Origin: a virus
Lineage: Duplodnaviria > Caudoviricetes
Virus record (IMG/VR): IMGVR_UViG_3300020045_003090
Location: 1 to 42,556 of that record
Direction: 5' to 3' (one strand)
DNA length: 42,556 nucleotides
In this document: positions 25,435 to 35,040 of the stretch, one piece after another
Position numbering within the stretch: the first letter of the stretch is position 1
How the letters are laid out: each line of letters opens with the position of its first letter
Notes under the pieces: model-generated
Told to the model about the DNA's origin: nothing
Database searches by the model: none
What the model saw: the letters and a program-made list of their open reading frames with translations, nothing else
Program-made: the position numbers and the translations under genes

Positions 25435-25635
25435 ATGACGTCAGTAAAATTTGAATGCGAAGAAAATGACCCTAATTATTTAGAGGTTTATCCTGCACAA
25501 AGAAATCTTATAGGATTTAAAATGATATTCGATGGCGAACCATCGGTTGTTTCAATAAACGAATTTGATGCACTCAGACTAATACGGGTATTATCTGAAT
25601 TAGTGCATGATATAACTTACAATAAACCTGAATAA
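25435..25635 (+). CDS. Hypothetical protein
   Basis: Short intact ORF. Confidence 0.5.
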   Translation: MTSVKFECEENDPNYLEVYPAQRNLIGFKMIFDGEPSVVSINEFDALRLIRVLSELVHDITYNKPE

Positions 25636-25683
25636 CCGTTTTTAATCGTTTAAATGCGCAATTTGCGCAAAGGTGCGCATACA

Positions 25684-25968
25684 ATGGCGAACAAAACAAA
25701 TCATCCAAAGGGAGTTATTTATGGCGGGGCATCTCGAAAGGGAAAGCCTAACAAGCGCACCGTTGAATCAGTCAAGCGCGTTGAATGGGTGCTGTCTATA
25801 CTAGAAAAAACACTTGAAGATGATATTGAATCCGTTAATCCAAACGAGCGGGTTAAATTGTGGAATGACTTACAAGAGTATATCAGGCCGAAATTAGCAC
25901 GAACTGAAATTGATACCGGGAATAGTAAGGTTGAAATAAATATCGATTACAAGCCGCCAACGCATTAA
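25684..25968 (+). CDS. terS: Terminase small subunit
   Basis: GGASRKGKPNKRT motif and YIRPKLARTEI; lies upstream of TerL. Confidence 0.6.
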   Translation: MANKTNHPKGVIYGGASRKGKPNKRTVESVKRVEWVLSILEKTLEDDIESVNPNERVKLWNDLQEYIRPKLARTEIDTGNSKVEINIDYKPPTH

Positions 25969-25988
25969 AAAAAATATTTTCTTCATTT

Positions 25989-26065
25989 TGTCGGGTGTAT
26001 TATAAAATGTTATACATTTGCTGCATCAAATTAAAAATCTAACAATTTAAAGTCAAAACAAAATG
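25989..26065 (+). promoter_or_regulatory. Promoter plus translation leader module, copy 2
   Basis: 27-bp identity with 17501-17527; TACATTTG at 26013-26020. Confidence 0.7.
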
Positions 26066-26338
26066 GAAAATCAATTTAGAACATTAAAAAATGGCAAGGT
26101 AGCCGTTACAGTTTGGGCAAATCAAACAACAAAAGAAATTTATCCTGCACACCGAAACTCTTTCGGTTACAATGCACTTCAGGCAGGTTATGATTCAGAA
26201 TTTTACAAAAAGTATGGCTGTAATATGAAATTGAATGCTCCAAATACTCGACATGGCTCATATAGCTATTCGGCACGTCAGATGGAATCAATCGGATTTC
26301 AATTAGTAATGCGTGGTGATATGCCGCTATGGTCATGA
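26063..26338 (+). CDS. Hypothetical protein
   Basis: ATG at the end of the duplicated leader. Confidence 0.6.
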   Translation: MENQFRTLKNGKVAVTVWANQTTKEIYPAHRNSFGYNALQAGYDSEFYKKYGCNMKLNAPNTRHGSYSYSARQMESIGFQLVMRGDMPLWS

Positions 26339-26742
26339 GCAATGAAGAAACAGTAGTGCTGAACCTACTGAAACAAGCATCAGGGAAATTAACACAAAGG
26401 CAAATTGCACTATCTGAACCGTTTTTAGGTTGCAACATTCACGAACGCGAAAGCGTACCTAAATCGCGGCAATTTGAAACTACTTTGAGGCGTGTCAGGC
26501 AAATAATCCGCGACTTACGAATTAATCATAAGCAACCGATACTAAGCGATGCGCATGGTTACTGGTATTCGACTATCATTGACGAAGTAAATGAAGTGTT
26601 GCAACGGATGGAATCTATGGCGTATGCTCAGGCGGCAGCGTGGTACGAAACATACCGGGCAATGGTTGATATTTACAATGTAAAAAGTAATTATTTTGAC
26701 CGGCAATTAGATTTATTCGAACTTGGTGATATGCCATTTTAG
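26329..26742 (+). CDS. Winged-HTH protein
   Basis: LTQRQIA...RRVRQIIRDLR...PILSDAHGYW. Confidence 0.6.
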   Translation: MVMSNEETVVLNLLKQASGKLTQRQIALSEPFLGCNIHERESVPKSRQFETTLRRVRQIIRDLRINHKQPILSDAHGYWYSTIIDEVNEVLQRMESMAYAQAAAWYETYRAMVDIYNVKSNYFDRQLDLFELGDMPF

Positions 26743-28094
26743 TGAAGTACAACATCAACATAGACCCGCGTGTAATCTTACCAAAGTATCAGCATTTACT
26801 AAATGATGATAATGTTGATATTGACTTTCTTTATGGTTCGCGCGATAGTTCAAAATCGCACACAACAGCACAATTATTAATTCTCAAATGCCTGACTGAA
26901 AAGTATTTCCGGTGTGTGTTGGTGCGTAAAGTGTACGCCACAATAAAGGATTCTCAATTTCAGCTTATAAAGGATATTGTAAACGATTGGAACCTGAGTA
27001 ATATGTTTACTTTCAATGTTTCGCCACTTGAAATTAAGTGCATCAATGGTAACCGTTTTATTTGCAGGGGATTCGATGATGCTCAAAAGATTAAGTCAAT
27101 TCAGAATCCAAACTTTACATGGGTTGAAGAAGCATCTGAATTAACTGCCGATGATTGGATAGTGCTTGAAACATCATTACGGACAAATCAAGGCCGGGTA
27201 AAAACATTCGCCACATTTAATCCTGAAGCGCAAGGTGATTACCGCGACTTTTGGCTTTACAAAGATTATTTCAGCCATACCGAATTGTTATCATTCAAAA
27301 ACACTAAGACCGTTCAAATTGGCGATATTGAAATAAATATTGTTTACCGGGCAACGCATAGCACATACAAAGATAACCCTTATTGCAGCCCGCAAAGGAT
27401 AGCTATCTATGAAGGTTTGCGCGACACTTCACCATACTACTACAAAATTTACTGTTTAGGACTTTGGCAAAACCGCGAAAATAAATCACCATTTATTTTA
27501 ACTTTCAAACGTGAAAAGCATTTAGGCGAAACAAAGTATAATCCTGAAATGCCGTTATATTTATCATTCGACTTCAACCGGAACCCGATGTGCTGCAATG
27601 TTATTCAATGGGATAACGCTAATAAAGTTGATGTGATTGAGGTTATAAAGCTACCTAATTCATCTACTTGGCAGGTGTGTGAATTGATAAAAATGAAGTA
27701 CGAAAGCGAATCGCATAAACCACTTTATATTGTATGCGGTGATTATTCGGGTGTTGGGCAATCGGCTATGGTGCGCGAAGATGATCTGAACAACCATTAC
27801 AAAATTATCATGCAGGTGTTGGAGTTATCGCAAAATCAGCTTCAATATATCCTTAACCCGCCTATTGAAAAGAATCAGGTTCTTTGCAACTGGGCATTTC
27901 AAAACCTCGAAATTACTATTAACACCGACACATGCCAACCGCTTATATTTGACATTGAAAATGCTGAAATGCTTGCCGATGGTAGCCTTAAAAAACGCGA
28001 CCGAAATGATCCATCACAACAATTAGATGCATTGGATGGTTTCAGGTATTTTATAAACAGATATTTCAGGGGTGCAAAAACAGGTATTGAATAA
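26742..28094 (+). CDS. terL: Terminase large subunit (PBSX/SPP1-like)
   Basis: Walker A-like GSRDSSKS, Walker B WVEEASE, TFNP, nuclease motifs SFDFN and DALDGFRY. Confidence 0.9.
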   Translation: MKYNINIDPRVILPKYQHLLNDDNVDIDFLYGSRDSSKSHTTAQLLILKCLTEKYFRCVLVRKVYATIKDSQFQLIKDIVNDWNLSNMFTFNVSPLEIKCINGNRFICRGFDDAQKIKSIQNPNFTWVEEASELTADDWIVLETSLRTNQGRVKTFATFNPEAQGDYRDFWLYKDYFSHTELLSFKNTKTVQIGDIEINIVYRATHSTYKDNPYCSPQRIAIYEGLRDTSPYYYKIYCLGLWQNRENKSPFILTFKREKHLGETKYNPEMPLYLSFDFNRNPMCCNVIQWDNANKVDVIEVIKLPNSSTWQVCELIKMKYESESHKPLYIVCGDYSGVGQSAMVREDDLNNHYKIIMQVLELSQNQLQYILNPPIEKNQVLCNWAFQNLEITINTDTCQPLIFDIENAEMLADGSLKKRDRNDPSQQLDALDGFRYFINRYFRGAKTGIE

Positions 28095-28105
28095 TAAAAT
28101 ATTTT

Positions 28106-28113
28106 TATATTTG
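28106..28113 (+). promoter_or_regulatory. Bacteroidota -7 promoter element
   Basis: TATATTTG before ATG 28130. Confidence 0.55.
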
Positions 28114-28129
28114 CAAAAATAAAATACCA

Positions 28130-28951
28130 ATGTCCTGCACAACTTGTTACAAGATAAAAATTGAAGATTGCGCTGAATCGGTTACCGTTGCAGGCGCGTT
28201 ACTACCCAATACTACTTACACATGGGTTATAGCTGATAAATTCGGGCATGAGTGGAGCGATACCGTAACTACTGATGCTGATGGATCATTTACTATTGAT
28301 TTGACAGATGCCATGTTCCCGGCAGGGTTGTTCAATCAATTCAGCAATTTAACTCTTGAAGTATTTTTGTATGCCACACAATGCGAAGCCGCTACTATGA
28401 CGTTTTGCGATGTGGCTTATACATGCGTAAATTTTTCGGTTAATCCGGGCAACTACGTTTACACGAATCCGGCACCGCGTCCTGCTGGCTGCGATGTGTG
28501 TGTTAAATATGCATCAGTAGAAATGACTATTGATGAGTTTATGGATACGGCAGATGGGCAAGGTATAGCGGTTGTTTCACCAACAACAGGAAGTTCTTAT
28601 ATCATCATTGGCGGGTTCATCAAATTTAAAGAGTTGAGTGATTATGGTGCGCCATTGTCAAATGGATATGCATTAATATCTAACGGAACTGATTTAACAT
28701 CATTCAGGACAAATGTGCCTGACTTAGTTAATGTTTATAATCATGTATTAGGTGAAGATTATTCGCAGCAATTTGTGCCATATACAGTTGCATCAAGTAA
28801 TCTTTCAGATACGCAGCAATCACAAAATATTGATGATTCAGGCATATATATTGCATCAATTGTAGATTATAGGCCGGTTCCAATCGTAGCATCATCAGTA
28901 ATTGTTGGCGTGTACTATTATGAAATAAATACATCAGGCGAAAATATCTAA
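28130..28951 (+). CDS. Virion structural protein (tail/fibre-associated)
   Basis: Beta-rich, Cys-containing; directly precedes the fibre gene. Confidence 0.45.
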   Translation: MSCTTCYKIKIEDCAESVTVAGALLPNTTYTWVIADKFGHEWSDTVTTDADGSFTIDLTDAMFPAGLFNQFSNLTLEVFLYATQCEAATMTFCDVAYTCVNFSVNPGNYVYTNPAPRPAGCDVCVKYASVEMTIDEFMDTADGQGIAVVSPTTGSSYIIIGGFIKFKELSDYGAPLSNGYALISNGTDLTSFRTNVPDLVNVYNHVLGEDYSQQFVPYTVASSNLSDTQQSQNIDDSGIYIASIVDYRPVPIVASSVIVGVYYYEINTSGENI

Positions 28952-30558
28952 TGTCAACCAAGCGAAGATTAGTCAAAGTAAACAACCGCATCAAAGAAGT
29001 AATTGATACGGTAGTACCGGGTGCGGCAGTTTGGGGCAGCATTACAGGTACGTTATCTTCGCAAAGTGATTTACAAACGGCATTAAACGCAAAACAGGCC
29101 GCATACGCAATACTTACCACGTTAGGAAGTTTGGCGAATGCAACAGGTGTACTTACAAATAACGGTGCAGGGGTTTTAAGTTGGGCAACACCGGCCACAG
29201 GAACAGTTACATCCGTTGCCGTATCTTCAACTGATTTAAGCGTTGTAGGTTCGCCAATAACCACATCAGGCACATTCACATTAGACATCAATACGAATGC
29301 AGTTACATACGCTAAGTTTCAGCAGGTAACAGGATTGAGTGTTGTAGGTGTTACAGGCACGTCAACGGCAAACGTAGCAGCCATAACAGGCACGGCAAAC
29401 CAAGTGTTGAGAGTAAACGGAGCAGGAACAGCGTTAGAGTTCGGACAGGTAAATCTTGCATCGCCCAATGCTGTTACAGGCACTTTGGCAGAGGGTAAAG
29501 GAGGCACAGGCAACAACAGTTATGCAATAGGTGATTTGCTTTATGCATCAGGTGCAACAACGCTTTCTAAATTAGCTGATGTTTCAGCAGGTTCTTATTT
29601 ACGTTCAGGCGGTGTAACAACTGCGCCTTTATGGAGTACGTTAAAATTACCAAACACCGCAACAGTTAACTACATACCACACGCAACATCTGCCAACACT
29701 ATTGGCGAAAGCGGGAATCTTCAATTTGACGGCATTAATTTTGGGGTAGGTGGCGCATCAGCAGGAAGCAGAGTACAAATAACAGCAGGCACGTTAACGG
29801 ACGGGGCTACAATAAATGCGCTTCGTGTTACAGCCACAATGCCGACTACAATATCGCAAACTAGCAATGGTGTAGATTTTCAAATTACATCAGCAGGAAG
29901 CAGTGCATTCGCCCAAAGGGCAATGAATATAAATTATTTGGCAGGATATACGGGTGCTTCAACTACTGTTGCACTTGGCGCGACTTGTGCCGTAGCAGGA
30001 ACAAATGGTTTCGCGTCAAGTCTTGGAGCAGGTAATTTTGGAATGTCTGGAGCTGCAAGCGCAACGTGTACAGGTACGAATGTCGGAGTATTCGGCAGCG
30101 GCACTAATGGCGATATAAGTGTTGGTGTATTGGGTAGGGCTAACACAGCAAAAAATTCAGCTACAAATATCGGAGTTATCGGTATTGCACGTAACACAGG
30201 CACATCACCAATTCAAACAGGTGGTTATTTTGGTTTACATGCGGCTTACCCCACTATGGCAAGCGCTGCATTGATGTGTGATAACGGAAGTGAAACTTCT
30301 GACATATTTGTTGCTCGTGATAACGGAACGGCCAAATTTAAAGTGGCTGATGCAGGTAATGTTGTTTGTTCCGATGCAGCATTAGCCACTAATGCAACGA
30401 ATGGATTTCTTTATATACCTACATGCGCGGGTACTCCAACAGGCGTACCAACAGCGTTTACAGGTACGGTTGCAATGGTATTTGACACAACAAATAATAA
30501 GTTATACATTTACGATGGCGGTTGGTTAGGTGGAACGACACCGGGCGCATTCGTATAA
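28951..30558 (+). CDS. Tail fibre protein
   Basis: G/T/A/S-rich with the fibre motifs WGSITGTLSSQSDLQTALNAK, GKGGTG and GDLLYASG. Confidence 0.75.
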   Translation: MSTKRRLVKVNNRIKEVIDTVVPGAAVWGSITGTLSSQSDLQTALNAKQAAYAILTTLGSLANATGVLTNNGAGVLSWATPATGTVTSVAVSSTDLSVVGSPITTSGTFTLDINTNAVTYAKFQQVTGLSVVGVTGTSTANVAAITGTANQVLRVNGAGTALEFGQVNLASPNAVTGTLAEGKGGTGNNSYAIGDLLYASGATTLSKLADVSAGSYLRSGGVTTAPLWSTLKLPNTATVNYIPHATSANTIGESGNLQFDGINFGVGGASAGSRVQITAGTLTDGATINALRVTATMPTTISQTSNGVDFQITSAGSSAFAQRAMNINYLAGYTGASTTVALGATCAVAGTNGFASSLGAGNFGMSGAASATCTGTNVGVFGSGTNGDISVGVLGRANTAKNSATNIGVIGIARNTGTSPIQTGGYFGLHAAYPTMASAALMCDNGSETSDIFVARDNGTAKFKVADAGNVVCSDAALATNATNGFLYIPTCAGTPTGVPTAFTGTVAMVFDTTNNKLYIYDGGWLGGTTPGAFV

Positions 30559-30745
30559 AAATATTTGTCTGAAAGCATGTAAATGCAAGTAAGCAATGAG
30601 GGGATGAAGGGAGTGGCAAACCAAACGGTGTAAATTAACTCATGGCAAAGGGGGAAATAAACCGGATAACTGCCAAGTTAGAAGTCTGAAATGCTTCACC
30701 ACTCCCGACATTTTCAACTTAGTCAAATCTTAAAATCAAAATAAA

Positions 30746-30994
30746 ATGAGTTTATTAAATCAAAAAAAGAAGCCTGCAAAAGCTATTGTAAACAAAGAAA
30801 GTGCAAACAAAACAGTAACACTTCCTGCAACGGACTGGGCAATACTTACAGAAACATTAATATTGATGGCTGAAAAGGTAGGCCGGTTAGATATTGACCC
30901 TAAATTAGTTGGTAATGTGTATCAAAATTGTTTAATATTGGCAAACGAAATTAAATCTCAAACAAATGGCATCACGACTAACGCTAATTCGTAA
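30746..30994 (+). CDS. Hypothetical protein
   Basis: Intact ORF with an A-rich leader. Confidence 0.55.
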   Translation: MSLLNQKKKPAKAIVNKESANKTVTLPATDWAILTETLILMAEKVGRLDIDPKLVGNVYQNCLILANEIKSQTNGITTNANS

Positions 30995-31250
30995 AACATG
31001 GAAAGTAATTGCTGAACGTAGTAATTACACCGGAACAGAAATGATCGCGAAATCACCCGAAACAGGCGATTACTATTTCATGCGGTTCGCTTACAACGGT
31101 AACGAAGTATTATCAACATCAGAAGGTTATAAACGATTGCGCGGGGTTATAAATGCGCTAAAAGTTGATTATAATTTAGCGTTATCTTTCGCATCGAAAA
31201 AGAATCTAAATCACGCTTATGAGTACTTTAAAAACGTAAAGGCAAAATGA
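30966..31250 (+). CDS. YegP/DUF1508-like protein
   Basis: GDYYFMRFAYNGNEVLSTSEGYKR resembles the YegP motif (FxLKAxNGExIxxSEGY). Confidence 0.55.
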   Translation: MASRLTLIRKTWKVIAERSNYTGTEMIAKSPETGDYYFMRFAYNGNEVLSTSEGYKRLRGVINALKVDYNLALSFASKKNLNHAYEYFKNVKAK

Positions 31251-31534
31251 TAAAGGTAAAAAATGTAGTTAAGACACAAAATGGATGGACAACTGCATCG
31301 CATGATTATTTTTTAAATAAAGTAGTAAAGCGATTTAAGCATATAAGGGTTGGTGTAATTGGCGATAAAGAGCCTTTCGCCTATACTTACTTTAGAGTTT
31401 CAAAGAAAGAAGTAATTGAACTTGTAAAAATTAATCAATGTGAAGTAAGGTATTCAATTGAGTTATACTCAAAAGTTCAAATTGGTTTAGAAGATATACT
31501 TTTCATAAATAAAGTAACATCGATAATTAAATGA
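31247..31534 (+). CDS. Hypothetical protein
   Basis: ATGA-coupled ORF. Confidence 0.5.
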   Translation: MIKVKNVVKTQNGWTTASHDYFLNKVVKRFKHIRVGVIGDKEPFAYTYFRVSKKEVIELVKINQCEVRYSIELYSKVQIGLEDILFINKVTSIIK

Positions 31535-31818
31535 TAACAAACGCAATTATAACATCATTGGTATGTGTGGCCGTGCATAATGCATTGGTTGCCGATGGAA
31601 TGTTACTCAAATGGCTTGGTGATTATATTGACGAAATTGTAAAAGTTGAATTTATTAAAAAGCCTTTGTTTAAATGCCTGCCTTGTATGGCTTCAGTTTG
31701 GGGAACGGGCGCATATTTATTTGCATATCCGCAACATGACGTTATTCAATGGCTTATATTTGTGTTGATCGTTTCAGGAATAAATAAACTGATTCAAACT
31801 TTTATTTATGAACTATAA
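31531..31818 (+). CDS. Membrane protein with CxxC (DUF1360-like)
   Basis: KPLFKCLPCMASVWG plus hydrophobic helices. Confidence 0.55.
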   Translation: MITNAIITSLVCVAVHNALVADGMLLKWLGDYIDEIVKVEFIKKPLFKCLPCMASVWGTGAYLFAYPQHDVIQWLIFVLIVSGINKLIQTFIYEL

Positions 31819-32032
31819 ATCAATATTACAGTCATACGGTTGGGCATACACGCGCACGTTATGCTTAAAATGCAATGGCGGTAAGGTGATTGAAGTTTAT
31901 AAGCACACAGATAAACGGGGTTACGAAATTCATTGCCACTTTGCCGGAAATATTTTTCGCGTTAAGAAATTAGGAATTAGTAAATTTACCGGGCATTTAG
32001 AATCACTCGAAGTTCAATTACAGAAAATATGA
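31808..32032 (+). CDS. Hypothetical protein
   Basis: Coupled ORF. Confidence 0.5.
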   Translation: MNYKSILQSYGWAYTRTLCLKCNGGKVIEVYKHTDKRGYEIHCHFAGNIFRVKKLGISKFTGHLESLEVQLQKI

Positions 32033-32634
32033 ATTGGTTAAAAAAGATATTCAACAGAAAACCCGAATGGCAATCGCGCCCGGAACTTGAAATAGTGCCG
32101 GCATTCGATTGCGAATGGGTGCAGTATTATCAGTTCAAAGATTCGTTTAATATACCTTGCCTGCGGGCATTGTGTGCTTTAACTTACTATAATGAACTTT
32201 CAATGCGATGCGATAATGAATATTTAAAACTGCATTGCGACTTTGTTGAAAAGGTTATTGCCGACAAAAAAAGTATTGATGTAGGTAAGCTGGCAATCGT
32301 AAATAAGAATTTGAAGGACCGTTTGAACATGATAGTGCCTACTGATATGGTTCTGAAATTGGCATCGGTTGTGTATTTTGATAAAACAGAAAATCCTTAT
32401 GTATATGATTATGCCTACGGATTGAAGAAAATTGAATTGTGGCGAAAGCAAATTAAAAAGTATGGCTTTTTTTTTCATCAGCCGCTATCACAGTTGATTC
32501 CACAATTAAAGGACTCCAAAGAAGATTTCCTGATATACTCGGAAATAAGTCAGAAGGTGGTGAATCAAAGTTTGGAATATCTCACTTCACAAATATCAAT
32601 GAAGGACTTGAGCGGCAAGAGCGCGACAAACTGA
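32029..32634 (+). CDS. Tail assembly chaperone (gpG-like); -1 frameshift product extends to 32762
   Basis: Directly upstream of the tape measure gene. T9 slippery run at 32467-32475 with an open -1 frame. Confidence 0.65.
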   Translation: MNWLKKIFNRKPEWQSRPELEIVPAFDCEWVQYYQFKDSFNIPCLRALCALTYYNELSMRCDNEYLKLHCDFVEKVIADKKSIDVGKLAIVNKNLKDRLNMIVPTDMVLKLASVVYFDKTENPYVYDYAYGLKKIELWRKQIKKYGFFFHQPLSQLIPQLKDSKEDFLIYSEISQKVVNQSLEYLTSQISMKDLSGKSATN

Positions 32635-32751
32635 GTTTACAAAAATGGTTACCTGCTAACATAGATTTGCAACAGGTAACAATACAGATGTACTTTTTTT
32701 ATTGTAACGAACTTAACAAAGAGGTTCGTGCGCAATTAAAAGCCGCGAAAA

Positions 32752-35040
32752 ATGGCAAATGAAAATATAGTTATTGACTTTACGGTTAACAGTCAGCAAC
32801 TTGAATCAGCAATAGATTTATTAGAAAAGTTAGGGCAGGTTGACAAACGTACAGCCGATGAATTTCGTAATGCAACCAAAGCATACAATGAGCGCACACA
32901 ATCTATAAACGCGCAATCAGCCGCAATCGAAAACGAAGCCAAGTCATTAAACGACTTAAATCAGGTTGCCAAAAAATCAATGGAAGGCATCCTTAATGCT
33001 TCAAATGCGGAATTAGTTGAAGGGGCGTTGTTGGGAATACAGGATGCACTCGATGAAGTAGGAATGTCGGCTAAAGATTTAGCAGGCGCACCGGCACAAT
33101 CATTACGCGGAATAACCAAAGAAATAAAAGGCCTACAAGCAGAGGCGGCAAGGCTTGAATCGAAAGGTGATTTATTAGGGGCTGAAAAAGCCTTAAAACA
33201 AGCCGGTAAATTGCAGGATAAGATAGGTGATTTGAGGGCGGCCACTAAAGCCTATGCAAGCGACACGCGCAAATTAGATGCAGCGGTTCAATCTATAACA
33301 GCCGTTGCATCAGCATATCAGGCTGCGCAAGGTGCAGCGGTGTTACTTGGCGGATCATCGAAAGAGTTTGAAAAAACATTACTGAAACTGAATGCAGTAA
33401 TGGCAATCACTAACGGCCTGCAACAGATTCAAACTTTACTTCAAAAGGAATCAGCACTTTCGCAAGGTGTATTGATACCGTTACAAAAGGCATGGACTGC
33501 GGCACTTGGCGAAACAGCAGGTGCAGCGCGGTTACTTCGCGGTGCATTGATAGCAACCGGAATTGGGGCATTAGTTGTTTTGATAGGTACATTGGTTGCA
33601 AATTGGAAGGAGTTTGTAAAGACTATTGAAACAACTTTCCCGGCAATGACTAAGGTTTTTGACTTCTTTAAAAACTTCAAAGCCTATGTTTTGGGAACCG
33701 TTGCCGCCTCAATCGAATCATTTAAAGTGCTTGGCGAAATAATAAAAGACTTGTTTACTCTCGATTGGACTGAATTAGAAAAAGACTGGAAGGAAGGTTA
33801 TGCGCGTATTGGTAAAGCAGGCATGCAAGCATTTAATGACCAAGTTAAAAAATCAGCACTCGAAGCATCTATAAAGGAAAGAAAATTCAGATTAGATTTA
33901 CTTGAAGCGCAAGGTAAAGACGTGCTTCGCGCCCGCATTAAACTTGCAAAGGATGAATTAACATTAATTAAAGACAATGAAGATGAATATCGCGCCAAGC
34001 TGATTGAAATTGAACGTATGCGAACAGAACTACGCATGCGCGAAGTTAAGCGTGCGGCTTATGCTGAATTAATAGCACAACGAGAATTATCAGAAAAGAT
34101 AGATCAGGAAGAAAGAATAAGATTAAATAAAAAGAGAGATGCTTATATAGCTTCCGCACAATCTGACTTCGATATTGCGGCCAAGTCAGTACAGGATAGG
34201 TTAGATTTGGAAATGTATTTATATCAAAAAGAAAAAGACCTTGCAAAACAAAAGGCTGATGATGAAAAGCAAAAGCAGGAAATGCTTAAAAACTTTACCA
34301 TTGACACGGCATCGGAAATATCACAAGCAATCTTTCAAATAAATACACAACGCAGGCAGGCTGAATTAGAACTTGCACTTTCAACATTGGAAGCCGAAAA
34401 GGAAAAAGCACTTGCAAATAAGCGATTGACCGATAAAAAACGGGCGCAAATCGAAGAAGAGTTCAGAAAAAAAGAGGCCGCAATTAAAACAGATGCTTTC
34501 AAAAAAGACCAACAGGCAAGAGTTACAGAAGCCGTTATTGCGGGGGCGTTGGCAGTAGTAAAAGCATTACCTAATTATGTACTTGCGGCAGCGGCAGCGG
34601 TAACAACAGCCGCACAAATAGACGTTATCAAATCGCAACCGATTCCAAAGTTTGCAAAGGGTGTTGAAAGGTTATCTGGTGCGGGTACTGAAACATCAGA
34701 TTCGATTCCTGCAATGTTATCGAAAGGTGAAAGAGTTGTTCCGGCACGAATTAACTCGGATTATTTTCCTGCATTGTCGGCAATCCATAACGGCAAAGTA
34801 TCACCCGAATTTGCAAACGCTGTTATGACTATGCCTGAATATATCGGGTTGGATAACAAGTCAGCCACGTTATTAGCAGCATCAAAAAACACATTAGATT
34901 ATAAAGAGTTATCGCGCATGTTGGCAAGTGAATTGAAAGATACGAATGAAGATGTAGTTAACACTTTGCGCGATGGTATTTATGTAAAGAATATCCGCGA
35001 CTTAAAATCAAATATTAATCACGACATCAGACGAAAATAA
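32752..35040 (+). CDS. Tail tape measure protein
   Basis: 762 aa, Ala-rich helical; ALIATGIGALVVLIGTLVANW and FAKG...GTETSDSIPAMLSKGERV motifs. Confidence 0.85.
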   Translation: MANENIVIDFTVNSQQLESAIDLLEKLGQVDKRTADEFRNATKAYNERTQSINAQSAAIENEAKSLNDLNQVAKKSMEGILNASNAELVEGALLGIQDALDEVGMSAKDLAGAPAQSLRGITKEIKGLQAEAARLESKGDLLGAEKALKQAGKLQDKIGDLRAATKAYASDTRKLDAAVQSITAVASAYQAAQGAAVLLGGSSKEFEKTLLKLNAVMAITNGLQQIQTLLQKESALSQGVLIPLQKAWTAALGETAGAARLLRGALIATGIGALVVLIGTLVANWKEFVKTIETTFPAMTKVFDFFKNFKAYVLGTVAASIESFKVLGEIIKDLFTLDWTELEKDWKEGYARIGKAGMQAFNDQVKKSALEASIKERKFRLDLLEAQGKDVLRARIKLAKDELTLIKDNEDEYRAKLIEIERMRTELRMREVKRAAYAELIAQRELSEKIDQEERIRLNKKRDAYIASAQSDFDIAAKSVQDRLDLEMYLYQKEKDLAKQKADDEKQKQEMLKNFTIDTASEISQAIFQINTQRRQAELELALSTLEAEKEKALANKRLTDKKRAQIEEEFRKKEAAIKTDAFKKDQQARVTEAVIAGALAVVKALPNYVLAAAAAVTTAAQIDVIKSQPIPKFAKGVERLSGAGTETSDSIPAMLSKGERVVPARINSDYFPALSAIHNGKVSPEFANAVMTMPEYIGLDNKSATLLAASKNTLDYKELSRMLASELKDTNEDVVNTLRDGIYVKNIRDLKSNINHDIRRK

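Noticed and set aside
30612-30652. c-di-GMP-I riboswitch (GGCAAACC...GCAAAG)
   Set aside because: It lacks the GNRA-capped P2 stem and the GGGACGCAAAGC spacing; kept only as an unclassified structured RNA candidate.
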